Shown here in pieces: positions 37,936 to 49,708 of a stretch of 62,424 bases of DNA (position 1 is the first letter of the stretch; each line of letters opens with the position of its first letter). The notes beneath the pieces are model-generated. The model was not told the origin of the DNA, ran no database searches, and saw nothing but the letters and a program-made list of their open reading frames with translations. Source of the DNA: Nemertoderma westbladi (lineage: Eukaryota; Animalia; Xenacoelomorpha); NCBI GenBank assembly GCA_032718475.1, contig JAUCBJ010005519.1, positions 1 through 62,424 on the forward strand. Direction: 5' to 3'. The translations under genes were made by a program, and so were the position numbers.

Positions 37936-39344
37936 AACCCAACATTATTAGGGTTAGGGTCACCACTTCTGTAAACGAACTTCCCAACCCAACATTATTA
38001 GGGTTAGGGTCACCACTTCTGTAAACGAACTTCCCAACCCAACATTATTAGGGTTAGGGTCACCACTTCTGTAAACGAACTTCCCAACCCAACATTATTA
38101 GGGTTAGGGTCACCACTTCTGTAAACGAACTTCCCAACCCAACATTATTAGGGTTAGGGTCACCACTTCTGTAAACGAACTTCCCAACCCAACATTATTA
38201 GGGTTAGGGTCACCACTTCTGTAAACGAACTTCCCAACCCAACATTATTAGGGTTAGGGTCACCACTTCTGTAAACGAACTTCCCAACCCAACATTATTA
38301 GGGTTAGGGTCACCACTTCTGTAAACGAACTTCCCAACCCAACATTATTAGGGTTAGGGTCACCACTTCTGTAAACGAACTTCCCAACCCAACATTATTA
38401 GGGTTAGGGTCACCACTTCTGTAAACGAACTTCCCAACCCAACATTATTAGGGTTAGGGTCACCACTTCTGTAAACGAACTTCCCAACCCAACATTATTA
38501 GGGTTAGGGTCACCACTTCTGTAAACGAACTTCCCAACCCAACATTATTAGGGTTAGGGTCACCACTTCTGTAAACGAACTTCCCAACCCAACATTATTA
38601 GGGTTAGGGTCACCACTTCTGTAAACGAACTTCCCAACCCAACATTATTAGGGTTAGGGTCACCACTTCTGTAAACGAACTTCCCAACCCAACATTATTA
38701 GGGTTAGGGTCACCACTTCTGTAAACGAACTTCCCAACCCAACATTATTAGGGTTAGGGTCACCACTTCTGTAAACGAACTTCCCAACCCAACATTATTA
38801 GGGTTAGGGTCACCACTTCTGTAAACGAACTTCCCAACCCAACATTATTAGGGTTAGGGTCACCACTTCTGTAAACGAACTTCCCAACCCAACATTATTA
38901 GGGTTAGGGTCACCACTTCTGTAAACGAACTTCCCAACCCAACATTATTAGGGTTAGGGTCACCACTTCTGTAAACGAACTTCCCAACCCAACATTATTA
39001 GGGTTAGGGTCACCACTTCTGTAAACGAACTTCCCAACCCAACATTATTAGGGTTAGGGTCACCACTTCTGTAAACGAACTTCCCAACCCAACATTATTA
39101 GGGTTAGGGTCACCACTTCTGTAAACGAACTTCCCAACCCAACATTATTAGGGTTAGGGTCACCACTTCTGTAAACGAACTTCCCAACCCAACATTATTA
39201 GGGTTAGGGTCACCACTTCTGTAAACGAACTTCCCAACCCAACATTATTAGGGTTAGGGTCACCACTTCTGTAAACGAACTTCCCAACCCAACATTATTA
39301 GGGTTAGGGTCACCACTTCTGTAAACGAACTTCCCAACCCAACA
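37936..39344. repeat. 50-bp minisatellite, about 28 apparently identical copies, containing TTAGGGTTAGGG
   Basis: Unit AACATTATTAGGGTTAGGGTCACCACTTCTGTAAACGAACTTCCCAACCC. Confidence 0.97.
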
Positions 39345-39630
39345 CATCCGTCATTTTAGGTGTAAATTATTGTATTTCTCTGAAAATGTAATGAATTAAT
39401 TAATTAATTACGTGATTTATTCCGTTATATTACCATTAAATATATCGATGTGGATGTGATTATTGTTATACAAATTAAGTTTATTTATTTGTACCGGGGG
39501 ATGGAGTTATGGGGATGGGATATCTGTGTCTATGTGGGGCTGTGGTTGTGGGGGGGGGGGGGGGGGGGGGGGGGCATCTGCGTTTAATTAATGTAATAAT
39601 TTATAATATCTCTACAGTAAGTGAACTAAC

Positions 39631-39807
39631 CTGGGCCAGCGTTCTTGGTTTCTACGGTAAACTTGGCGGGTTGGTTAGTGAATCCGCCTTCTAGTCCCGG
39701 GCCGAAGGCTCGGCATCTGGTTGGGTCTATACCTTGGGTTGATGTCACAGTAAACGGACTTCCTGGGATGGTAACCCCCTTATAAGTTACATCAACCGAA
39801 TGGGGAC
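39631..39807 (-). CDS. FLN: Filamin exon
   Basis: GPHSVDVTYKGVTIPGSPFTV...AFGPGLEGGFTNQPAKFTVETKNAGP. Acceptor cctcag, donor gttagt; phase 1 to 1. Confidence 0.93.
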
Positions 39808-39867
39808 CTGAGGAGCGTAGGAAAAATAGCACAGATATAGTAAGAAATAGATATAGTCAAGAGTGAC

Positions 39868-41295
39868 TAACACTAACTAACTTACCTAACTCTTTGGGAA
39901 CACTAACTAACTTACCTAACTATTTGGGAACACTAACTAACTTACCTAACTCTTTGGGAACACTAACTAACTAACCTAAGTCTTTGGGAACACTAACTAA
40001 CTTATCTAACTATTTGGGAACACTAACTAACTTATCGTAACTCTTTGGGAACACTAACTAACTTACCTAACTCTTTGGGAACACTAACTAACTTACATAA
40101 CTCTTTGGGAACACTAACTAACTTACTAACTCTTTGGGAACACTAACTAACTACCTAATCTTTGGGAACACTAACTACTTATCTAACTATTTGGAAACAC
40201 TAACTAACTTATCTAACTATTTGGAACACTAACTACCTAACTATTTGGGAACACTAACTAACTTACCTAACTCTTTGGGAACACTAACTAACTTACCTAA
40301 CTCTTTGGGAACACTAACTAACTTACCTAACTATTTGGAAACACTAACTAACTTATCTAACTATTTGGGAACACTAACTAACTTATCTAACTCTTTGGGA
40401 ACACTAACTAACTTACCTAACTCTTTGGGAACACTAACTAACTTACCTAACTCTTTGGGAACACTAACTAACTTACCTAACTCTTTGGGAACACTAACTA
40501 ACTTACCTAACTCTTTGGGAACACTAACTAACTTACCTAACTCTTTGGGAACACTAACTAACTTACATAACTCTTTGGGAACACTAACTAACTTACATAA
40601 CTCTTTGGGAACACTAACTAACTTACCTAACTCTTTGGGAACACTAACTAACTTACATAACTCTTTGGGAACACTAACTAACTTACCTAACTCTTTGGGA
40701 ACAATAACTAACTTACATAACTCTTTGGGAACACTAACTAACTTACCTGACTCTTTGGGAACACTAACTAACTTATCTAACTCTTTGGGAACACTAACTA
40801 ACTTACCTTAACTATTTGGAAACACTAACTAACTTACATAACTCTTTGGGAACACTAACTAACTTACCTAACTCTTTGGGAACACTAACTAACTTACATA
40901 ACTCTTTGGGAACACTAACTAACTTACATAACTCTTTGGGAACACTAACTAACTTACCTAACTCTTTGGGAACACTAACTAACTTACCTAACTCTTTGGG
41001 AACACTAACTAACTTACATAACTCTTTGGGAACACTAACTAACTTACCTAACTCTTTGGAAACACTAACTAACTTACATAACTCTTTGGGAACACTAACT
41101 AACTTACCTAACTCTTTGGGAACACTAACTAACTTACATAACTCTTTGGGGACACTACCTAACTCTTTGGGAACACTAACTAATTTATCTAACTCTTTGG
41201 GACCACTAACTAACTACCTAACACTTTGGGAACATTAACTAACTTACCTTAACTATTTGGGAACACTAACTAACTTACCTAACTCTTTGGGAACA
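39868..41295 (-). repeat. 30-bp minisatellite, about 47 copies, made of the filamin exon 3' end plus its donor
   Basis: Minus-strand unit TGTTCCCAAAGAGTTAG|GTAAGTTAGTTAG, continuous with exon 41279-41452. Confidence 0.97.
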
Positions 41296-41452
41296 TAACT
41301 GACATCGTACTTTCCGTTTTCATTGTTCTTGACTTTACACGCTGTTTTTTTCCCTGAAGGCGAATTGATAACGGCCTTAACTTCTCCATTACCAACGGGG
41401 TCAACAGCAATGGCATCAACAGTGAACTCAGAGTAAGAGTCAATGAACACTT
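41279..41452 (-). CDS. FLN: Filamin exon
   Basis: EVFIDSYSEFTVDA...SPSGKKTACKVKNNENGKYDVSYVPKEL. Acceptor ttatag, donor gtaagt; phase 1 to 1. Confidence 0.93.
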   Translation of the reverse strand, partial: KCSLTLTLSSLLMPLLLTPLVMEKLRPLSIRLQGKKQRVKSRTMKTESTMSVMFPKS

Positions 41453-41621
41453 CTATAAATATATTAAAAATATATATAGACCAATCAATCATATGATAAT
41501 TATTTCCATAAGTTATAATTACATTAACATGGGCACATAATATTGGAAACAAACTAAATAAACTGACACTGATCAAAAAAAATGAATTACTAATTTTGTA
41601 TAAATGAACTGAACAAAGTTA

Positions 41622-44503
41622 AAAAAACAGCATGCAGTCGGCCGAAGCCGGAGGCGACTCGAAGGCTCCTCTTTCGATAGCTGCTACCCCAAGGTAGGGG
41701 TGGGCGCTACTCCTATCTGTTACCCGAAGGTAGGGGTGGGCGCTACTCCTATCTGCTACCCGAGGGTGGGGATGGGCGCTACTCCTATCTGCTACCCGAA
41801 GGTAGGGATGGGCGCTACTCCTATCTGCTACCCGAAGGTAGGGGTGGACGCTACTCCTATCTGCTACCCGAGGGTAGGGGTGGGCGCTACTCCTATCTGC
41901 TACCCGAGGCTAGGGGTGGGCGCTACTCCTATCTGTTACCCGAAAGTAGGGGTGGGCGCTACTCCTATCTGCTACCCGAAGGTAGGGCTGGGCGCTACCC
42001 CTATCTGCTACCCGAAGGTAGGGGTGGGCGCTACTCCTATCTGCTACCCGAAGGTAGGGGTGGGCGCTACTCCTATCTGCTACCCGAGGATAGGGGGTGG
42101 GCGCTACTCCTATCTGCTACCCGAAGGTAGGGGTGGGCGCTACTCCTATCTGCTACCCGAAGGTAGTGGTGGGTGCTACTTGAAGGTAGGGGTGAGCGTT
42201 ACTCTTATCTGCTACCCGAAGGTAGGGGTGGGCGCTAATCCTATCTGCTACCCGAAGGTAGGGGTAGGCGCTACTCCTATCTGCTACCAGAAGGTAGGGG
42301 TGGGCGCTACTCCTATCTGCTACCCGAAGGTAGGGATGGGCGCTACTCCTATCTGCTACCCGAAGGTAGGGGTGGGCGCTACTCCTATCTGCTACCCGAG
42401 GGTAGGGGTGGGCGCTACTCCTATCTGCTACCCGAGGCTAGGGGTGGGCGGTACTCCTATCTGCTACCCGAAGGTAGGGGGTGGGCGCTACTCCTATCTG
42501 TTACCCGAAATTAGGGGTGGGCGCTACTCCTATCTGCTACCCGAAGATAGGGGTGGGCGCTACTCCTATCTGCTACCCGAAGGTAGGGGTGGGCGCTACT
42601 CCTATCTGCTACCCGAAGGTAGGGGTGGGCGCTACTCCTATCTGCTACCCGAGGTAGGGGTGGGCGCTACTCCTATCTGCTACCCGAAGGTAGTGGTGGG
42701 CGCTACTCCTATCTGCTACCCGAAGGTAGGGGTGGGCGCTACTCTATCTGCTACCCGAAGGTAGGGGTGGGCGCTACTCCTATCTGCTACCCGAAGGTAG
42801 GGGTGGGCGCTACTCCTATCTGCTACCCGAAGGTAGTGGTGGGCGCTACTCCTATCTGCTACCCGAAGGTAGGGGTGGGCGCTACTCCTATCTGCTACCA
42901 GAAGGTAGGGCTGGGCGCTACTCCTATATGCTACCCGAAGGTATGGGTGGGCGCTACTCCTATCTGCTACCCGAAGGTAGGGGTGGGCGCTACTCCTATC
43001 TGCTACCCGAGGGTAGGGGTGGGCGCTACTCCTATCTGCTACCCGAGGCTAGGGGTGGGCGCTACTCCTATCTGCTACCCGAGGCTAGGGGTGGGCGGTA
43101 CTCCTATCTACTACCCGAAGGTAGGGGTGGGCGCTACTCCTATCTGTTACCCGAAAGTAGGGGTGGGCGCTACTCCTATCTGCTACCCGAAGGTAGGGGT
43201 GAACGCTACTCCTATCTGTTACCCGACGGTAGGGGTGGGCGCTACTCCTATCTGCTACCCGAGGCTAGGGGTGGGGCGCTACTCCTATCTGCTACCCGAG
43301 GCTAGGGGTGGGCGCTACTCCTATCTACTACCCGAAGGTAGGGGGTGGGCGCTACTCCTATCTGTTACCGAAATTAGGGGTGGGCGCTACTCCTATCTGC
43401 TACCCGAAGGTAGGGGTGAACGCTACTCCTATCTGTTACCCGAAATTAGGGGTGGGCGCTACTCCTATCTGCTACCCGAAGGTAGGGGTGAACGCTACTC
43501 CTATCTGCTACCCGAAAGTAGGGGTGGGCGCTACTCATATCTGCTACCCGAAGGTAGGGGTGGGCGCTACTCCTATCTGCTACCCGAGGGTAGGGGTGGG
43601 CGCTACTCCTATCTGCTACCCGAAGATAGGGGTGGGCGCTACTCCTATCTGCTCCCTGAAGGTAGGTGTGGGCGCTACTCCTATCTGCTACCGGAGGTAG
43701 GGGAGGGGCGCTACTCCTATCTGCTACCCGAAGGTAGGGGAGTGCGCTACTCCTATCTGCTACCCGAAGGTAGGGGAGGGCGCTACTCCTATCTGCTACC
43801 CGAAGGTAGTGGTGGGCGTTACTCCTATCTGATACCCGAAGGTAGGGGAGGGCGCTACTCCTATCTGCTACCCGAAGGTAGGGGTGGGCGCTACTCCTAT
43901 CTGCTACCCGAGGGTAGGGGTGGGCGCTACTCCTATCTGCTACCCGATGGTAGGGGTGGGCGCTACTCCTATCTGCTACCCGAGGGTAGGGGTGGGCGCT
44001 ACTCCTATCTGCTACCCGAACGTAGGGGTGGGCGCTACTCCTATCTGCTACCCGAAGGTAGGTGTGGGCGCTACTCCTATCTGTTACCCGAAGGTAGGGG
44101 AGGGCGCTACTCATATCTGCTACCCGACGGTATGGATGGACGCTACTCCTATCTGCTACCCGAAGGTAGGTGTGGGCGCTACCCCTATCTGCTACCCGAG
44201 GGTAGGGGTGGGCGCTACTCCTATCTGCTACCCGAAGATAGGGGAGGGCGCTACTCATATCTGCTACCCGACGGTATGGATGGACGCTACTCCTATCTGC
44301 TACCCGAAGGTAGGTGTGGGCGCTACCCCTATCTGCTACCCGAGGGTAGGGGTGGGCGCTAATCCTATCCCTTGTTTTGCCCCCAGTAATTTAACTGGTA
44401 CTCATTTTATCGACCTCAGTGAATGAAATGCTGAGTGGACCCTGGCGGGGATGAACCTACAACCAATAGATTGCAGGCCCGGCGCTCAACCAAATGAGCC
44501 CGC
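41622..44503 (-). mobile_element. tRNA-derived SINE whose body has been expanded by a 36-bp array
   Basis: Minus strand: tRNA-like head GGCTCATTTGGTTGAGCG...GGTTCATCCCC, then central ACTCAGCATTTCAT...GAGGTCGATAAAATGAGTACCAG, then the array, then a tail GCTATCGAAAGAGGAGCCTTCGAGTCGCC. Confidence 0.7.
41680..44369. repeat. 36-bp GC-rich minisatellite, about 75 diverged copies
   Basis: Unit CTGCTACCCGAAGGTAGGGGTGGGCGCTACTCCTAT. Confidence 0.97.
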
Positions 44504-45019
44504 CTTCTAACACAGTTAAACAGTATGGAAAATAATTAATAAAATACTTAATTAATTAAATTGTCAAAGAATCAGTAAAGAAAAACAGTCAACAATGAAA
44601 ACAAATGAATACAAATTAATTATATCCAGATACGGTTATTATTATTATGCAACTGAAAACAAAGACAAATATAATTTTTATATAATATTATTAATAATTA
44701 TTAGGATTATTATATAAATATTATATATAACTTAAATAAATAAATATATTATTTATTGTCAATGAATCAATCATCGGAAAGAACCTATAGTTACATACAA
44801 TTACGAATAGATAATATAGTGCCCTTCGAAGAAACCAGCACTTGTAAGAACAATTCCCTATCACCTGTTAGCCGCCAAAGTTCTCAACCCAGGAGGTAAT
44901 TCATTGGTTGAGTTAATTAAGTTGGGCTAGACAACTTACAACGGATTAATTAATCACTGCTCAATCTTCCTCTATTAAATAAATTTGGAAAAGGTAGCAT
45001 GTAATCTAAGCCGTGGATT

Positions 45020-46650
45020 CCATGTCAAAAGTTCTACAGTTTCTAAGATTCCTCAGGGTCAAAGATTCCTCAGGGTCAAAGGTTCCTCAGTGTCTAAGGT
45101 TCCTCAGGGTCAAAGGTTCCACTCGGTCCAATGTTCTACAGTGCCAAAGGTTCCTCAGGGTCAAAGGTTCCACTCGGTCCAATGTTCTACAGTGTCAAAG
45201 GTTCCACAGGGTCAAAGGTTCCACACGGTCAAAAGTTCCACACGGTCAAAGGTTCCACACGGTCAAAAGTTCCACACGGTCCAAGTTTCCACAGTGTCAA
45301 AGGTTCCACACGGTCAAAGGTTCCACACGGTCAAAGGTTCCACTCGGTCCAATGTTCTACAGTGTCAAAGGTTCCTCAGGGTCAAAGGTTCCACTCGGTC
45401 CAATGTTCTACAGTGTCAAAGGTTCCTCAGGGTCAAAGGTTCCACACGGTCAAAGGTTCCACACGGTAAAGGTTCCGTGTCAATGGTTCCACAGTGTCAC
45501 ATGTTCCACAGGGTCAAAGGTTCCACACGGTCAAAAGTTCCACACGGTCCAAGTTTCCACAGTGTCAAAGGTTCCACACGGTAAAAGGTTCCACACGGTA
45601 AAGGTTCCACACGGTAAAAGGTTCCACACGGTAAAGGTTCCACACGGTCAAAGGTTCCTCAGGATCAAAGGTTCCACACGGTCAAAGGTTCCACACGGTC
45701 AAAGGTTCCACACGGTCAAAGGTTCCACACGGTCAAAGGTTCCACACGGTCAAAGGTTCCACACGGTCAAAGGTTCCACACGGTCAAAGGTTCCACACGG
45801 TCAAAGGTTCCACACGGTCAAAGGTTCCCATGGCCAAGGTTCCACAGTGTCAAAAGGTTCCTCGGGGTCAAAGGTTCCTCACGGTCAAAGGTTCCACAGT
45901 GTCAAAAGGTTTCTCAGGGTCAAAGGTTCTACACGGTCAAAGGTTCTACAGTGTCAAAGAATTTTCAGGGTCAAAGGTTCCACAGGGTCAAAGGTTCCTC
46001 AGGGTCAAAGGTTCCACAAATTATTTTAACAACCTATGACCCTGAGAAACCTTTGACACTGCGGATGTGGAACCTTTAACCGTGTGGAACCTTTGACCCT
46101 GGTGAACCTTTGACCCTGTGGAACCTTTGACCCTGTGGAACTTTTGACCCTGTGGAACCTTTGACCCTGTGGAACCTTTGACCCTGTGGAACCTTTGACC
46201 CTGTGGAACCTTTGACCCTGTGGTACCTTTGACCCTGTGGAACCTTTGACCCTGTGGAACCTTTGACCTGTGGAACCTTTGACCCTGTGGAACCTTTGAC
46301 CCTGTGGTACCTTTGACCCTGTGGAACCTTTGACCCTGTGGAACCTTTGACCCTGTGGAACCTTTGACCCTGTGGAACTTTTGACCCTGTGGAACCTTTA
46401 CCCTGTGGAACCTTACCCTGTGGACCTTGGCCTGTGGAACCTTTGACCCCGTGGAACCTTTGACCTGTGGAACCTTTGACCCTGTGGAACCTTTGACCCT
46501 GTGGAAACTTTGACCCGTGGAACCTTTGACCCTGTGGAACCTTTGACCCTGTGGAATCTTTGGCCCTGTGGAACCTTTGACCCTGTGGAACCTTTGACCC
46601 TGTGGAACCTTTGACCCTGTGGAACTTTTGACCGTGTGGAACGTTTGACC
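45020..46650. repeat. 17-bp minisatellite in two convergent inverted blocks (45020-46017 forward, 46035-46650 reverse)
   Basis: GGTTCCACA(C/G)GGTCAAA followed by GGAACCTTTGACCCTGT. Confidence 0.95.
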
Positions 46651-46984
46651 ATATGGTCATGCCGGGTTCTTTTGTTCCTTAAAGACATAAGTTCTAACAA
46701 TTAATCTATAATTGTGTAATATGAAGTCCAAATTTGCTATTGTCAGATCAGATGTATAAACTTACCAAAATATAAATAAAGGAAATAAATACAGTTGGAA
46801 AGAAGTCTTAGAATAAAAGACAACGTAAATTTAATCAAATTTTCGTTATATATAAACAAAAACAAAACTTAATCAATTTATACTGTGGAAAATAAGAAAG
46901 TGTTAAAAACAATCAGCTATGAGACCGTCTCACGTCATAAACGACCAGACGCATGACGTCACAGACATTATCACACAATCTCAC

Positions 46985-47869
46985 CGCGGGTGTGTAGATA
47001 CGCGACGAGTCCCCCTACAGCAACGTGGGGACCCACGAACGTCCGATACGGACTACGAGGCACGTGACTGCCCCCGTACCGTATCTCTACCGTGATTGGC
47101 CCTTCCACAGACGGTGTAAACTCCAGCAGGTAGGAGTCCTGGGATTGTTTAACCAGGAGGGATTGTACCGGCATCCCATGCGGTCCGGTTACCGAGTAGC
47201 TGACCTCGGCAGCGCCGGCCTCCGTAGTGTCTATAATGATCTCGGAGAGGTCGTTGACCATCAGCGGTTTAAGGAACGCGTTCCCAGACAGTTTAACTCG
47301 AGTCGCGTCGAACTTGGAGTCGATAATAGCGCGGAACGGGGAACCTGGGATGTGGACGTCAGCGAACAGAACATTGATGTAATACTCGCCGCCAATCGAG
47401 GGGAGATAGGAAACGAAACAGGAGCCGTCGCCGTTGTCCTGGCACTCTATGTGGGCCTCACACGGCCCCTCTATGGTGAGACCTAGACCCCCGGTCCCAG
47501 ACGACTTTGTGTCCACGTTGAAACACGCCGGCTCCCCCACGACTCCGACCGTCAGCCCGTCGCCGTACGCCTTACAGCGGCCGGGCTCGGCACCCACCAC
47601 CGCCTCCACGGGGTACGGACACCCCGCTACAGGGCGTCCCTCTACGGCCACGTATACTAGGTGTCTGCCCTCCTCCTCCACCGTGTAGTAGGCTATGTAG
47701 CCGTCGCTCACCTGCTCCAACTCGCCCGGTATAGTCTCGTTGTGGGGCGTACGGACCCAGACCTTGGGCGACGGGAGAACTCCGTTCATCGTGATATCGA
47801 AATCTTCTTCAACATTCGTCTTAATGACTACGGGGTTGGTAAACGGTATCAGTTCAGCACTCATAAACA
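46985..47869 (-). CDS. FLN: Filamin large exon (about three Ig-like repeats); acceptor position approximate
   Basis: CKAYGDGL, GTGGLGLTIEGPCEAHIECQDNGDGSCFVSYLP, HIPGSPF and YGGSHVPRSPY. Donor gtgaga. The only phase-compatible acceptor seen is an atypical GAG. Confidence 0.93.
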
Positions 47870-48321
47870 CTCAGACATTTATAGGAGAAAAATAAGTTTA
47901 AAAATGGAGCTTTTTGAGCTGCGTCCTCTACGTTTCATACAATATGTTTTATTATTTCACAATCGAAACATTTGTTCAGGTTAGGATAAAAAGCAGCCTC
48001 GAATGGAAGGTTAAAAAATATTTTATAAATTAGATAAAATAATATTTATTCGATATATTTTCTTCGTGGGAACCGCAGATTGACTTAATTTCGTAAATCA
48101 CTTTTTTTCCAGCCCTTCCTTAAATTTAAATGTTAAACTTAATCCGTTTTTGTTATTCCAATTGCTAACAAGTAAGTTTTGCATGCACTATCTGTTCAAT
48201 TAAACTAAACAGGGACAATGCAAATTATATTAAAAAACTAATAAATAATAAAACATTCCATTCAAAATGAAAGAAAAGCGAATAATAATAGTAAATAAGA
48301 TGAACCGCATGGACGGCCAAC

Positions 48322-48452
48322 CTGGTTTGAGGTTTTTAACAGCAACTCCAGTGAGATCGGGGGTGGTGGCTACGTTAACAACGAATGGTGCGTCTCTAAT
48401 CGTAAGACCTCCGCAGGTAACGTAAGCAGTGTACTTGGTCTCCTGGACAGCT
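48322..48452 (-). CDS. FLN: Filamin exon, the most 5' one recognisable in the window
   Basis: AVQETKYTAYVTCGGLTIRDAPFVVNVATTPDLTGVAVKNLKP. Acceptor ctctag, weak donor gttggc. Confidence 0.75.
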
Positions 48453-48599
48453 CTAGAGGGGATAGAAAACATGTAATGGTTGAAAAGGGATAGAGCAATG
48501 GGGGCAGTGGGACAGAAGAAACGGGGCAGACAAATGGAAGAGGTCGGACGGTCGGAACAATGGGACATACGAGACAGACAAATGGAAGAGGTCGGACAG

Positions 48600-49556
48600 A
48601 CTACTACTACTACTAGGATCGGCATGCTGCATTGCAGCTGCATTTTTAAGAATGCTGTGCCGGCTTGTCAACAAAATTGCACCGCCACAACTCCCTATCA
48701 CCCATGACATTTGCTAGATCATCCGCATCTTTAAGGCCAGTGTCCTTTAAGATGCGTCTCAAGAAAGTCATGGGCTGTCCACCATGCTTATTCACTCCAT
48801 GAGGCTGCCAAAGTACAAGATTATGCACTGGCTGGTCCTCACGGCGAAATCAATGTCCTGCAAAGCGGAGGCGATTTTGTTCTAGTGTCAAGCTTGGGGG
48901 AACCAATGAGACACCTCCAATGTTATATAGTGTCTGGTTGGAGATGTGTGCATTGTACTTGACACAATGTACCCGGCGTAGCATTCTTGTGAATGTGCCA
49001 TCCAGAGATTTGGTGTCCTCAGCAGTTAGAGCCCAGCATGGACTCCCGTAGAGGAGTACTGGAACTACTGCTGCTCTAAATAATCGGACCTTAAGTTTCC
49101 GATTAATTCTAGGTGACTTCCAAATCCTGGAAAGCCTATTCAAGGCTGCCCATGCCTTTCCCTTACGTATTCGAAGGTCCTCACCTGACTTCCGGATCCA
49201 TGATCCCAGGTAACAGAAGTCGTCCACATGCTCAAGCATACCATCCTTTGAGCTTATGCTCATCCGATCAGAGACTTGCTGAGGACTTTCAAAGTTAACT
49301 GTCAGAATTTTGGTCTTTCTGGAGTTAATAAAAAGACCAACACTAGAAGCAGCATGTTCTAATGAGCTGAGGAGCCGCTGGGCTCCCTCTAATGATTCTG
49401 AGAGTACTCCTAAGTCATCAGCAAAGTCTAGATCAGTTAGGTACTTGGCAGGATTTCCTCGACTTCTAGAGCCAGTAGGTGGAGTTATCATCACCCCATC
49501 ATCATTATGATGATCTAAGGACATGCGTAGAACATAGTCAACCACAATAATGAACA
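48600..49556 (-). mobile_element. 5'-truncated RTE LINE, near-identical to the copy at 12735-14580, with a (TAG)n tail
   Basis: Almost the same nucleotide and protein sequence (DLDFADD, FCYLGS), with a premature stop at 48850. Confidence 0.95.
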
Positions 49557-49708
49557 ACTGTGAATGAACAACTGATTGTGAGATAAAAACTTTGAAAAAC
49601 TAATAATCTGAACTGCCTGACTGAACTAACTGCCTGACTGCTGACCGTGTCATATGGTTCCGTTCCGTACCGAATTGCAATTTAAATAATTCGTGGTGAA
49701 GCCGCCTG

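Noticed and set aside
37936-39344. True or interstitial telomere tract
   Set aside because: Only two TTAGGG units per 50-bp monomer, in an intronic position.
30603-39630. Apparent loss of half a filamin repeat
   Set aside because: The missing exon was found by manual translation at 31199-31345.
40245-41238. LRR-like (LGTLTNLPNS)n ORFs
   Set aside because: Antisense of the 30-bp donor array; the leucine-rich-repeat resemblance is coincidental.
39808-41278. De novo intron gain by AGGT tandem duplication
   Set aside because: The intron has its own unique acceptor region outside the array, so expansion of an existing intron fits better.
41700-46700. Repeat ORFs in the 36-bp and 17-bp arrays
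   Set aside because: Minisatellite translations in multiple frames with frequent frameshifts.
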